This document shows positions 7,609-17,556 of a stretch of 64,000 bases of DNA, one piece after another. The position numbers and the translations under genes are program-made. Within the stretch, counting starts at the first letter, position 1; each line of letters starts with the position of its first letter. The notes beneath the pieces are model-generated. The model was given only the letters and a program-made list of their open reading frames with translations. It was not told where the DNA came from and searched no databases. Location: positions 127,274 through 191,273 of the forward strand of contig WGMH01000006.1 in NCBI GenBank assembly GCA_016125165.1. The letters are read 5' to 3'. The DNA comes from Alphaproteobacteria bacterium (GTDB lineage Bacteria; Pseudomonadota; Alphaproteobacteria; Micropepsales; Micropepsaceae).

Positions 7609-9328
7609 GCACCCTTTGCGGCCCGCGCACCAGCCGGCCCGCCAGCGCATCGGTAGCTTCGCCATTGCGATACGCGATCTTGCCCGAAACGATTGTTGCC
7701 TCGTAGCCGGTCGCCTTCTGCAGCAACCGCTTGCCGCCCGCCGGCAGATCGAACGCCATCTTTGGTGCTTCCACGCGCAACCTGTCGAAATCTATCACGT
7801 TGATATCGGCCTTCATGCCCGGTGCTATCACCCCACGATCCAGAAGCCCCACAGCGCGCGCGGTGTCCTGTGTCTGACGCTTCACCAGATAGGGCAGATC
7901 GAAGCGGCCATGCGAACGGTCGCGGCCCCAATGGGTGAGCAGATAGGTCGAATAGCTCGCATCGCAGATGATCCCCACATGCGCGCCTCCATCGCCGAGC
8001 CCCATCACGCAATTCGCGTTGGCGATCATCTCACCACAGGCATCGAGATTGAACTCGGTGTAGTTGGCGAACGGCAGGAACAGAAACGCCCGCCCTTCAT
8101 CACCCAGAAGAAGATCATAGGCCACGTCCTGCGCCGGCCGCTCTTCGCGCGCGGCAATGGCCGCAATCGCTGTTTCCTTCGGTGGCTCGTAGTTCGGCGG
8201 ATCGCCCAGCGGAAATATCTGGTCAAACGCCATCACGCGCCGCGCCAAAGGATGGCTCTGCTTCGCGTCGGATTCCGCCAGCATGCGCGCGCGAAACGCC
8301 GGATCGCGCATGATCCGCACCTTCTCGGCCAGCGGCTTGTCCCGGATTTCGGCAAACGTCTCATGCGCGGAAAACGGATTGAGCGTGCCCTGCAGGCCAA
8401 GCAGCAGACCAATGGGACGCGGCGCCACCTGCCCCTTGATCGGCAGGCCATCGCGCGCCGCAGATTCGATCATGCCGAGCAGGCCCCGCCAGCCATGGGC
8501 GTTGGAACCGAATTGCGCCAATGAGAGCGTGAGCGGTCGCCCGCTCCGGGCGACCAGTTCCCGGATCATGGAGAACTCGGTGATCGGATCGGGATTGTCG
8601 AAATCCGAAATCAGTTCGAACACGCCAGAACCCGCATCCTTCATGCCGAGTGCGATGCCCATCAGTTCTTCTTGCGTGGCGCGAAGCGATGGCGTGGGGT
8701 CTCCCTTGACTGTGCGATGATTGAGCGTGCGCGAGGTTGTAAAGCCAATGGCACCAGCGCGCATGGCTTCGGTGGTCAGCGCCCGCATCCGCGCGATGTC
8801 ATCTTCGGTAGCCGCTTCCAGTTTCGCGCCGCGTTCGCCCATCACATAAACCCGAAGCGCGCCATGCGGAAGCTGCGCGCAGATGTCGATATCGTGCGCG
8901 CGCGTTTCGAGGGCATCGAGATAATCGCCAAAACTCTCCCAATTCCACGAAAGGCCTTCGTGCAGCGCAGCGCCCGGAATATCCTCGACGCCCTCCATCA
9001 GTTCGATAAGGCGGTTGTGATCACTTTTGTGCACAGGCGCGAAGCCCACGCCACAATTGCCCATCACGACGGTCGTCACACCATGCCAGCTTGATGGTGC
9101 TAGGCGGCTGTCCCAGGTCGCCTGCCCATCGTAATGTGTGTGAATGTCGACATAACCGGGTGTGACCAGCCGATTTTTGGCGTCGATTTCCTCGATTCCG
9201 CTGGCAGGCACTGTACCCACCGCCGCAATCTTGCCATCACGCACCGCGATATCGGCTTCGCGCAGAGGCGCACCCGTGCCATCGGCCACGGTCCCGCCCC
9301 GGATCACCAGATCGAATTCGCCAGTCAT
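7601..9328 (-). CDS. N-acyl-D-amino-acid deacylase (D-aminoacylase) family amidohydrolase
   Basis: N-terminus DLVIRGGTVADGTG.. READIAVRDGKIAAVG, metal motif DIHTHYDGQATWD, ~575 aa, as in D-aminoacylases. Confidence 0.85.
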   Translation of the reverse strand: MTGEFDLVIRGGTVADGTGAPLREADIAVRDGKIAAVGTVPASGIEEIDAKNRLVTPGYVDIHTHYDGQATWDSRLAPSSWHGVTTVVMGNCGVGFAPVHKSDHNRLIELMEGVEDIPGAALHEGLSWNWESFGDYLDALETRAHDIDICAQLPHGALRVYVMGERGAKLEAATEDDIARMRALTTEAMRAGAIGFTTSRTLNHRTVKGDPTPSLRATQEELMGIALGMKDAGSGVFELISDFDNPDPITEFSMIRELVARSGRPLTLSLAQFGSNAHGWRGLLGMIESAARDGLPIKGQVAPRPIGLLLGLQGTLNPFSAHETFAEIRDKPLAEKVRIMRDPAFRARMLAESDAKQSHPLARRVMAFDQIFPLGDPPNYEPPKETAIAAIAAREERPAQDVAYDLLLGDEGRAFLFLPFANYTEFNLDACGEMIANANCVMGLGDGGAHVGIICDASYSTYLLTHWGRDRSHGRFDLPYLVKRQTQDTARAVGLLDRGVIAPGMKADINVIDFDRLRVEAPKMAFDLPAGGKRLLQKATGYEATIVSGKIAYRNGEATDALAGRLVRGPQRVPA

Positions 9329-9457
9329 GGAACCCTCGGAATATCTGCGTTACGGGAACGGTTTGCTCACTAAGCCCCGAAGTCAAGGCGCATACGGATC
9401 AATATGCCATTGCGTGCGCTTGCGAACTGTGGCCCCAATTCGTTGCTGGAGGCTGGA

Positions 9458-10864
9458 ATGACGCGGAGTCCGCAGCGGACACAAGCCGTGCCACACACGA
9501 CGGATGATCGCGTGCTGGGACGCCTCGAAGCGTTTTTGGTGCGGCATCGCTCGGTTGGCGAATCCCTTGCATGGACGGCTGGCGCGCTCATCGCCGCCAC
9601 ACTCACCCGCTATCTCGCGGGCTTTGCGATCATGGGTCTTCCGCTGTTGTTTTACGTGCCGGCGATCGCCGTGGCCACGGCGGTTGCGGGCTGGCGCTAC
9701 GGCGTGGCGGCGCTGGTCGCAAGCGGACCGCTTGGCTGGTGGCTGTTTGGCGAGCCGTCCCTGTTCTATGGCGGCTCGGCGCACGATGCGATGATCGTAA
9801 CGACCACGGTGTGGTTCCTGTTGTGCGGGGTGATAGTCGTTATCGTGTCGTTCGTGCGCAGCGCGTTGCTGCGCGCGGAAACTGCCGAGGCGCGCTATCG
9901 CAAACTTCTGGGCGTTGCCTTCGGCATCATCTGGACGATGGATGCCGAGGGCCGCGCCAGCGGGCAGCACGAAGGATGGCAACAGGTTACAGGCATGGCG
10001 TGGCCCGATTATGAAGGCCATGGCTGGCTCAATGCCTTTCACGAGGAAGATCGCGCGGCTGTTCTTCCCCACGCCAAAAATCAGAGCGGTCATCATGAAT
10101 TCGATGCACGCCTCTGGGATGTGAAATTCGGCGACTGGCGATGGTATCGCGGTCACGCCGCGCTTGTCCCCTCGCTCAGTGGCGGGCCCGACGAGTGGCT
10201 CGTGAAGCTGCGCGACGACCACGATCAGAAAACCGCGCACGACCGCCGCGAGTTGGCTCTGGGCGAAATGCGCCACCGCATGAAGAATCTCGTCACCATC
10301 ATCGATGCCTTGGCGAAGAGTTCGCGCGTGGGCCGCAACACCGAAGTGGATGCGTTCCTGCGCCGCTTTCTGGGGCGGCTTCACGCCCTCGGCGCAGCGG
10401 CGGATCAGGTGCTGGCCGCCGGTCGAAGTGCCATCGAATGCAGTGCGGCAATCAAAAGCGCGCTTGGTCCGTTCCAGAGCGATTGCACCGAACGTTTCCG
10501 CATCGAAGGTCCGCAGATCACCCTCACCGAGGAAACAGGCGGCAGCATTGCCATGGCGCTGCACGAGCTTGCCACCAATGCGGTGAAATATGGCGCGCTA
10601 TCCGTGCCGGATGGCCATGTCACCGTGCGCTGGACACTGCTTCCCGCTGAAAATGGCGAGCGCTTTCTTCTGGAATGGATCGAGCATGGCGGTCCGGCCC
10701 CCTCACAGCCGGAGCGCGACGGCTTCGGCTCGCGCGTGATCCGCGCCGCCGCCGCGCGCGAACGCAACGGCGAAGTGGAGATCGACTACGATCCCCGCGG
10801 CCTTGTCTGCCGTATCAGTTTCCTGCGCACAGGCGATGTGCCGGCCCGGCCAATCGCCGTTTAG
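9458..10864 (+). CDS. HWE-family sensor histidine kinase (membrane N-terminus, PAS, HWE_HK)
   Basis: H-box EMRHRMKNLVTIIDALAKSS, C-terminal ELATNAVKYGALS and GFGSRVI, hydrophobic N-terminal segments, and a PAS-like WTMDAEGR... region. Start at ATG 9458 follows GGAGG. Confidence 0.8.
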   Translation: MTRSPQRTQAVPHTTDDRVLGRLEAFLVRHRSVGESLAWTAGALIAATLTRYLAGFAIMGLPLLFYVPAIAVATAVAGWRYGVAALVASGPLGWWLFGEPSLFYGGSAHDAMIVTTTVWFLLCGVIVVIVSFVRSALLRAETAEARYRKLLGVAFGIIWTMDAEGRASGQHEGWQQVTGMAWPDYEGHGWLNAFHEEDRAAVLPHAKNQSGHHEFDARLWDVKFGDWRWYRGHAALVPSLSGGPDEWLVKLRDDHDQKTAHDRRELALGEMRHRMKNLVTIIDALAKSSRVGRNTEVDAFLRRFLGRLHALGAAADQVLAAGRSAIECSAAIKSALGPFQSDCTERFRIEGPQITLTEETGGSIAMALHELATNAVKYGALSVPDGHVTVRWTLLPAENGERFLLEWIEHGGPAPSQPERDGFGSRVIRAAAARERNGEVEIDYDPRGLVCRISFLRTGDVPARPIAV

Positions 10865-11643
10865 CCCAACCGGGCAAGCGCTGCGATCACCTGATCCGGT
10901 TTCTCCAGTGTCACCATGTGACCGGCCTCGGCAACCGAAACAAGTTCCGAACGCGCAATCGCCCTCTTGAACGCCTGGCCGTAAGCGGGCGGTATGAGGC
11001 GGTCATTGTCGCCCCAGATCAGCACGGTCTTTGCGCGCACGCGATAAAGCCGCGTGGAAAGTCCGCGTTCCGGAATCGGAAACAGGATTTTGCCTGCCAT
11101 GCCCATTTGCCGCGCGTTGGTGACGAGGAACGATTTCAGCCATTCCGGATCGTCGACGCGGGTGCCCGCGGTCAACATCGCCGTGCCTGCCTCAACATTG
11201 TGGAACAGCAGCTTCGGATATTCATAAGGCATCGTCGCGAACAGATCGGGTATGGGATGCGCGTTGATCCACAGCCCCGCCGCCGCAATCAGCCCCAGCC
11301 GCGAAACTTGGTGCGGTTCCACGGCGGCCATTTCGGCGGCGATCATGCCGCCCATTGAATGACCCACAAGGATCGGGTCTCTCAGTTTCAGCGCATCGAT
11401 CACATCCCAGCTGTGCAGGGTAATATCGAGCATGTCGCGCAGTTCCGGGCATTCCTCGGAATCGCCATAGCCGGGCAGCAGCGGCGCATAGACATGATAC
11501 TTCGCCGCAAGTTTCTCGAGGAACGGATCGTTCGGCACGATTCCGCCTGCGCCATGCAGGAACACGAGCGGCTCGCCTTTGCCGCCTTCGTAATAGCGGA
11601 CGGGAACATGATGGGTATCGACGGTTTTCAGTTCGAATGACAT
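10861..11643 (-). CDS. Alpha/beta-fold hydrolase (meta-cleavage-product hydrolase-like)
   Basis: HGAGG oxyanion region and GHSMGG nucleophile elbow. Start at ATG 11643 follows GGAG; the longer Arg/Gly-rich extension to 11736 looks non-coding. Confidence 0.85.
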   Translation of the reverse strand: MSFELKTVDTHHVPVRYYEGGKGEPLVFLHGAGGIVPNDPFLEKLAAKYHVYAPLLPGYGDSEECPELRDMLDITLHSWDVIDALKLRDPILVGHSMGGMIAAEMAAVEPHQVSRLGLIAAAGLWINAHPIPDLFATMPYEYPKLLFHNVEAGTAMLTAGTRVDDPEWLKSFLVTNARQMGMAGKILFPIPERGLSTRLYRVRAKTVLIWGDNDRLIPPAYGQAFKRAIARSELVSVAEAGHMVTLEKPDQVIAALARLG

Positions 11644-11654
11644 CTCCGCCCCCC

Positions 11655-12917
11655 TTACGCGCCGGCCACGGCCGCGAACGCATCGCGTTCGGCCGGCAGG
11701 CTTCCGGCCTTCGCCGCGTTCTTCATCGGCTTGCACCAGAAGCGGTCGTCATTGGCATAATCGGGGAACATGCCACGCAGCTTTGGCATCACCTTTTCTG
11801 CAAACAGCTTGGTGGAATACATGCACTTGTCTTTCGGCATGTCGCCCACATGCATGAGGCAGAAGATGTTGCCGACATGCAGCGTCTTGATCAGGTCTTC
11901 CATGCGCTGGCGAACGGTTTCGGGCGATCCGGCGATCACATGCCCGCCCTCGATCAACTCTTCCCACGTCACGTTCGCATAGCCCTTGGGCGGGGCGTAC
12001 TGCGATAGTGCGCCGGTCTGTATGGTCTTGATCGTGCGGTAGCCCGGCGCATCGGCGAATGCCGCCGAAACATGCAGGCACCGATTGTAGAAATAGAGGA
12101 TATGCTTCTCATAGAGCTTGCGCGCTTCTTCGTCGGTCTCCGCCACGCAGATTGTCTGCGCGAAACCGGCGCGATAGGGCGAATGGTCGGCCGTGCTGCG
12201 CTTGGCCACGCGCTCCCAGTACCCATCCATCAGCGCCTTGGCACGGATGTAACCGGAGAATGACAGGTAGGAATAGGAATAGGTGTTGTCGAGACAGAAG
12301 TCGTATGTCTCCACCGAGCCGCCGCCGGGAATATGCACCGGCGGATTTGGCTTCTGCACCGGACGCGGCCAGATGTTCACATAGCGCAGCTTGTTGTAGC
12401 GGCCGTTGAACGCAAACGGATCAGGCTCATGCCACGCGCGCATGATGAGTTCGTGCGCCTCGTTATATTTCTCGCGCGTGAGCGCCGGGATCTGCCCATA
12501 GCAATAATTGGTGTCCATCGAGGTGCCGACCGGGAAACCCGCCACCAGCCGCCCGCCCGAAATGCAATCCAGCATCGCGAACTCTTCGGCCACGCGCACG
12601 GGCGGGTTATAGAGCGCGATGGAATTGCCCAGCACCACAAGCGCCACATCGGATGTACGCCGCGCCAGCCCGGCCGCGATGATGTTCGGAGACGGCATGA
12701 TGCCGTAACCGTTCTGGTGATGCTCGTTCACGCCGATGCCGTCGAAGCCGAGTGTTCCGGCGTACTCGAGCAAGTCCATATAGGTGTTGTAGACGGCGTT
12801 GCTCTTCTCGGCATCGAACAGCCGCGAGTCGATATCCACCCACACCGACCGGTTCTTCTCCCGGAAATCGTCCGGCAGATAGGGCCACGGCATCAGATTG
12901 AACCAGGTGAATTTCAT
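11655..12917 (-). CDS. LLM-class (luciferase-like) flavin-dependent oxidoreductase
   Basis: MKFTWFNLMPWPY..., GFDGIGVNEHHQNGYG, typical of ~420-aa LLM monooxygenases. It ends 11 nt upstream of the hydrolase gene, suggesting an operon. Confidence 0.85.
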   Translation of the reverse strand: MKFTWFNLMPWPYLPDDFREKNRSVWVDIDSRLFDAEKSNAVYNTYMDLLEYAGTLGFDGIGVNEHHQNGYGIMPSPNIIAAGLARRTSDVALVVLGNSIALYNPPVRVAEEFAMLDCISGGRLVAGFPVGTSMDTNYCYGQIPALTREKYNEAHELIMRAWHEPDPFAFNGRYNKLRYVNIWPRPVQKPNPPVHIPGGGSVETYDFCLDNTYSYSYLSFSGYIRAKALMDGYWERVAKRSTADHSPYRAGFAQTICVAETDEEARKLYEKHILYFYNRCLHVSAAFADAPGYRTIKTIQTGALSQYAPPKGYANVTWEELIEGGHVIAGSPETVRQRMEDLIKTLHVGNIFCLMHVGDMPKDKCMYSTKLFAEKVMPKLRGMFPDYANDDRFWCKPMKNAAKAGSLPAERDAFAAVAGA

Positions 12918-13010
12918 CGGCGTCACTCCCGGATATATTTTTCCGGATCGTGACCAATCGCCGGGCGCTTGGCAAATGCGCGTCCGAACCGTGCAACTGC
13001 AGCGAAGTGG

Positions 13011-14315
13011 TCAGGTGCGCCGCCGCGTAAAGCGCCAGCCCACAACCAGCGTGAGCAGAAACGCGATCCCGGCGGCAATTGTCGCGGCGTTCAGCATGCG
13101 CCGCATGCCCGCCTGAAAGGCGATGAGATCGACATAGCCCGTGCGCCAGAATACCCAGTCGCCCGCGACCTTGCTGGCCAGCAGATCGGCGCCGGTTTCC
13201 AGAACCACGATGCCGTCACCCGATACCGGATCGAAACGCGCCGCGGTGTTGATGGCGGGCGCATTGTTGCCGTCATGGCCCACAATGAAACCGCCTGCGT
13301 TGTTCGGCGCATAGAGGATCGTGCCGAGACCCCAGATTTCCGCGCCGAGCATGGAGGCTTCAGGCATGCGCATGGTCGCAAGCGTTTGCGGTTTCAGGAT
13401 GCCGCGCCCCGCCGCTTCGCCATTCGGCCCTGGAAGCTGCGCCTGAATGAAATGCATGAGATCCGATGTGCAGGTGTAGAGCGACGCCGCTGCCAGCGCG
13501 GTGAATTTGTAATGCGTCGCGAAGGAGCCATCGGTGTCGTAGATCTCCGCCACATCGGGGTTCGGTAGGGCATCGAGCACGAATGTCGAATGCGTCATGC
13601 CGAACGGCACGAGAATCTCCGCGCGCATGAATTCGTTGAAATCGCGGCCGGTCACATCCTCGATGATCAGCTGCAGCATGGTGTAGCCGCCGCCGGAATA
13701 TTTGAACTTCGTGCCCGGCTCGATCCCCACGCGCACCAGCCCGCTCGCCCCTGGCGAAGCATCCGCCGTGCGGGTCAGCGATTCTTCCAGCGTCTGCACC
13801 TTCTTGCCGGGTTCAAAGCCCGCATAGCCGAGCCCGTCCGTCAGCCCTGCCGTGTGGCTCAAAACCCGGCGGACCGTCACCTTGCTGTTGTCGAACTTCG
13901 AGTCCGGCAGCTTCCAGCGCTTCAGATATTTCGAAACCGGCGCGTCGAGATCGAGCTTCCCCTCCTCCACCAGCTTCATCACGCCCATGGCCGTGATCCA
14001 TTTGCTGAGAGAGGCGACCTGAAACAGCGTGTCACCGTTCACTGGCTTGCCCTTGGAAACGAAGTGGCTGCCCACAGGCTTGCCATGTTCCAGCAGAACA
14101 AAGGCGGTGTTGCCGTGTGAGCGCGCGTCGATTTCCGCATTGGCTGCGGCGAGGAATGCCTTCGTGTCGCCGCGCGGCGCGACCGGCGATTGCCACCAGC
14201 CTTCCAGCGTGCCCGCAACCGTCACAACGGCGGCAAGCGCGGCCATGGCGATAGCCGCCACAACCAGCAGCGCCACCCGGCCCCACTTTCGCGTTCCGCG
14301 CACCGCATCGCTCAT
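13011..14315 (-). CDS. Beta-lactamase-fold serine hydrolase with N- and C-terminal hydrophobic anchors
   Basis: S-x-x-K motif (VASLSKWITAMG) and Y-x-N-like region. N-terminal helix RVALLVVAAIAMAALAAVVTVAG and C-terminal helix ATIAAGIAFLLTLVVGW. Start at ATG 14315 follows GGGGAGGGG. Confidence 0.8.
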   Translation of the reverse strand: MSDAVRGTRKWGRVALLVVAAIAMAALAAVVTVAGTLEGWWQSPVAPRGDTKAFLAAANAEIDARSHGNTAFVLLEHGKPVGSHFVSKGKPVNGDTLFQVASLSKWITAMGVMKLVEEGKLDLDAPVSKYLKRWKLPDSKFDNSKVTVRRVLSHTAGLTDGLGYAGFEPGKKVQTLEESLTRTADASPGASGLVRVGIEPGTKFKYSGGGYTMLQLIIEDVTGRDFNEFMRAEILVPFGMTHSTFVLDALPNPDVAEIYDTDGSFATHYKFTALAAASLYTCTSDLMHFIQAQLPGPNGEAAGRGILKPQTLATMRMPEASMLGAEIWGLGTILYAPNNAGGFIVGHDGNNAPAINTAARFDPVSGDGIVVLETGADLLASKVAGDWVFWRTGYVDLIAFQAGMRRMLNAATIAAGIAFLLTLVVGWRFTRRRT

Positions 14316-14384
14316 GGGCACCCCTCCCCGTTGCAGCGCACAGGGTTGGGGCAAACTATGTCGAGAATGCGGCGCGTCGGAATG

Positions 14385-16001
14385 TTACGAAGCGATACCC
14401 AACTCGCCACGCGCAAAATTCGAGACGGATTTGTAATCCGCCTTGCCGTTCGGCGCGCGCAGGTTCACGCCCGACACAAGCACGCGCTTCGGCGTCTTGT
14501 ATCCAGCCAGATGCTCGCGCACATGCGCGCGCAGCGCCGCTTCATCGAATTCCGCGCCTGGCGCCAGCTTTACCACGCCGGTCACCGCCTGGCCCCATGT
14601 GTCGTCGGGCACGCCCACAACCAGCGCATCTTCTACACTCGGATGCGTCTTCAGCGCTTCCTCGACTTCTTCGGGATAGACCTTCTCACCGGCGGTGTTG
14701 ATGCAATTCGAACCGCGCCCCAGCAGCGTGATGGTGCCATCGGCTTCCACGCGCGCGAAATCGCCGGGGATGGAATAGCGGCGATTGCCCACCGTGCGGA
14801 ATGTGCGCGCGGTTTTTTCCGGATCCTTGTAATACCCACGCGGCAGCGGCCCGCCGAGCGCGACCATGCCCGCTTTGCCGGTGCCGGGCGGGATCGGCGT
14901 GTCGTTCTCGTCGATGACGATGGCGTTTTCCAGAAGCTGGAACGCGGCTGTCTGCGCTTCGCCGTCTTTCGTCATGGTGGAAGCGCCCATGCCCATCGCC
15001 TCGGTAGAGGCGAAACTGTCGGCGAGGGTCAGTTGCGGAATGTGCTTCAGAAGCCCGCGCTTCACTTCCACGCTCCACATCGCCCCCGAAGACGTCATGG
15101 TGAGAAGCGATGACAGATCGTATTTGCCCGGTGCATCGTCGAGCGCCTTCAGCAGCGGCTTGGCAAACGGATCGCCCACAATGGCGATGCCCTGCACTTT
15201 GTTCTTCTCCACCGCCGTCCAGATCGCGTCGGCATCGAGCGAGTGATTGTCCACCGTCACAATGCAGCCGCCGGACAGCATGGAGGTGATGGCGGAAATG
15301 ACGCCTGTGCCATGCATGATCGGGCAGGCGGGAAGCGTCACGGGCCCCTGTCCCACCGCCTTGATGGCGGCGGCCTGCGCCTGCATCGTTTCGGGGGCAG
15401 CGCCCAGCGTGCGCCGAAGCCGTTCGTGCCACAGCGTACAAAGTTCGCCCGTTTCCCACATCACGCCCTTGGGCATGCCGGTTGTGCCGCCCGTATAGAT
15501 GAAGAGCATGTCGGACGGCGAACGCTTGATGCCGAGATTTGCGCCATCGCCGGTTTCCGCCAGCGTTTCGTAATTCACCGCGTAAGGCGCGGTTTCGCCA
15601 TCGGGCGTGACTTCGATGAACAGCTTCACCTTGGTGAGCTGGTCCTTGATGGCATCTACCGCGCCGCGGAATTCGCTGCCGAAAATCAGAACCGTCGCGT
15701 CCGAATTGTCGAGGATGTAGAGAACTTCTTCGGGCTTGTAGCGATAGTTGATGTTCACATGCACAAGCCGCCCGCGAAAACAGGCCGCCGTGCCCTCGGA
15801 ATATTCCGGGCAGTTGCGCAGGTAGAAGGCCACCTTGTCGCCCACCGCCGCGCCATTTGTCAGCATCGCGCGGGCAAGATTGTTGGTTCGGCGGTTGGCC
15901 TGTCCCCAGGTGATCGTGCGGTCACCGTGCACGAACGCCGGCGCATCCGGCCGGATTTCCGCTGCGACAGCATCGTATATATCGCCGTAATTCCAAGGCA
16001 T
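14385..16001 (-). CDS. AMP-dependent acyl-CoA synthetase/ligase
   Basis: AMP-binding motif IYTGGTTGMPKGV and later GDFARVEADGTITLLGR and GKADYK, typical of ANL adenylating enzymes. Confidence 0.88.
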   Translation of the reverse strand: MPWNYGDIYDAVAAEIRPDAPAFVHGDRTITWGQANRRTNNLARAMLTNGAAVGDKVAFYLRNCPEYSEGTAACFRGRLVHVNINYRYKPEEVLYILDNSDATVLIFGSEFRGAVDAIKDQLTKVKLFIEVTPDGETAPYAVNYETLAETGDGANLGIKRSPSDMLFIYTGGTTGMPKGVMWETGELCTLWHERLRRTLGAAPETMQAQAAAIKAVGQGPVTLPACPIMHGTGVISAITSMLSGGCIVTVDNHSLDADAIWTAVEKNKVQGIAIVGDPFAKPLLKALDDAPGKYDLSSLLTMTSSGAMWSVEVKRGLLKHIPQLTLADSFASTEAMGMGASTMTKDGEAQTAAFQLLENAIVIDENDTPIPPGTGKAGMVALGGPLPRGYYKDPEKTARTFRTVGNRRYSIPGDFARVEADGTITLLGRGSNCINTAGEKVYPEEVEEALKTHPSVEDALVVGVPDDTWGQAVTGVVKLAPGAEFDEAALRAHVREHLAGYKTPKRVLVSGVNLRAPNGKADYKSVSNFARGELGIAS

Positions 16002-16080
16002 GCTTCGTCCCCATGATGTTGTAATGGCTTTTGGAGCGTACTATCCCGCCATTGACGCAATTTGGCGAGGGGGCTTTTTC

Positions 16081-17538
16081 GTGACGTACAGACCCGATCT
16101 TGGCTCCCTGAACGCGCACCCGATCCCGGCCTGGTACGATGATGCCAAGTTCGGAATTTTCATCCATTGGGGCCCCTTCGCCATTCCGGCCTTCGCCACC
16201 CGCTCCGGCTCCATCTCCGACGCCTTTCAGAACCATTACGATACCGCGGTGGCGCGCACGCCCTATTCGGAGTGGTACTGGAACGCGATCAAGGTGCCCG
16301 AAAGCGAAAGCGCCAAGTATCACGCCGAGGTGTGGAAAAACGCGCCCTATGAGAACTTCCGCGAGCCCTTCCTCAGAGGGCTCGCGCAATGGGATCCCGG
16401 CGCCTGGGCCCGGCTCTTCGCCGAAGCGGGCGCCCGGTATGTCGTTCTTGTCACCAAGCATCACGATGGCTTCTGCCTGTGGCCAAGCGAAGTAAAGAAT
16501 CCGCACCAGAAGAACTGGACAACCGAACGCGACATCGTGGGCGAGCTGGCCGATGCGGTGCGCGCGGCAGGCATGCGCTTCGGCGTCTACTATTCCGGCG
16601 GCATCGACTGGACCTTCAACCGCGAACCGCTGCGCACGCTTGCCGACTTCATCGGTTCGGTGCCGGGCGGCGACTATCCGGCCTATGCCGAAGCGCAGAC
16701 GCGCGAACTGATCGAACGCTACAAGCCCTCCGTCCTTTGGAATGACATCTCGTGGCCTTCGCCGCAGGGACCGATGCTCAAACTGTTTGCCGATTACTAC
16801 AACACCATAGAGGATGGGGTTCTGAACGACCGGTGGATGCCGCTGTCCTGGTTCTCGCGGCTGATGCGTTTCAAATTCGCGCGGCGCATTCTGGATGCGG
16901 TCATCAAAAGCCGCATGAGAAAGAATCCGCCGGTGCAGGGCGTCACGCCGCCCATGCCGCCGCATTGTGATTTCCGCACCCCGGAATACACAACCTTCAA
17001 GGACATCATGCCGAAAAAATGGGAAGCCACGCGCGGCATGAGCCATTCCTTTGGCTACAATCGCTTCGATACGGATGCCGATTATGCATCCGTCGATTCA
17101 CTGGTGACGAGCTTCATCGATTCGGTCGCCAAGAACGGCAACCTGCTGCTGAATGTCGGGCCACGCGGCGAGGATGCGCAGATACCGCCTGAACAGGTCG
17201 CTCGTCTTCAAGGCTTCGGCGCGTGGTTGCGCGCCAACGGCGAGGCTATCTACGGCACGCGTCCATTCACGCGCGCCGAGGGCAGAACCGCCAGTGGCGA
17301 AGACGTTCGCTTCACCGCGCGGGGCAACACGGTCTATGCCCATGTATTTGGGACGCCCACGGGCACAACCGTGACGATCGAGGGAACAGATCTGCCGGTT
17401 CCGGCCCGGGCCGTTCATGTGGCGACGGGGATGGAGGCGGCCTGCACGCGGCTCAACGACAGTCTCGCGCTCGAATTGCCCGCCCCCCTTGCGCAAGCCC
17501 CCGCTCATGCGTTTCGATTGGAGAGCGCTTTTTTATAA
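16081..17538 (+). CDS. Alpha-L-fucosidase (GH29), no signal peptide
   Basis: WYDDAKFGIFIHWGPFAIPAF and YVVLVTKHHDGFCLWPS are GH29 hallmarks. Start chosen at GTG 16081, 7 nt after GAGGGGG. The listed ATG at 16000 would abut the divergent acyl-CoA synthetase start. Confidence 0.8.
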   Translation: MTYRPDLGSLNAHPIPAWYDDAKFGIFIHWGPFAIPAFATRSGSISDAFQNHYDTAVARTPYSEWYWNAIKVPESESAKYHAEVWKNAPYENFREPFLRGLAQWDPGAWARLFAEAGARYVVLVTKHHDGFCLWPSEVKNPHQKNWTTERDIVGELADAVRAAGMRFGVYYSGGIDWTFNREPLRTLADFIGSVPGGDYPAYAEAQTRELIERYKPSVLWNDISWPSPQGPMLKLFADYYNTIEDGVLNDRWMPLSWFSRLMRFKFARRILDAVIKSRMRKNPPVQGVTPPMPPHCDFRTPEYTTFKDIMPKKWEATRGMSHSFGYNRFDTDADYASVDSLVTSFIDSVAKNGNLLLNVGPRGEDAQIPPEQVARLQGFGAWLRANGEAIYGTRPFTRAEGRTASGEDVRFTARGNTVYAHVFGTPTGTTVTIEGTDLPVPARAVHVATGMEAACTRLNDSLALELPAPLAQAPAHAFRLESAFL

Positions 17539-17556
17539 CACAGGATATAAATAAAC

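Noticed and set aside
9383-10564. 393-aa ORF on the minus strand
   Set aside because: It is antisense to the HWE kinase, whose H-box and ATPase motifs are clear. It is a shadow ORF.
15922-17046. 374-aa ORF on the minus strand
   Set aside because: It is antisense to the GH29 fucosidase, a shadow ORF.
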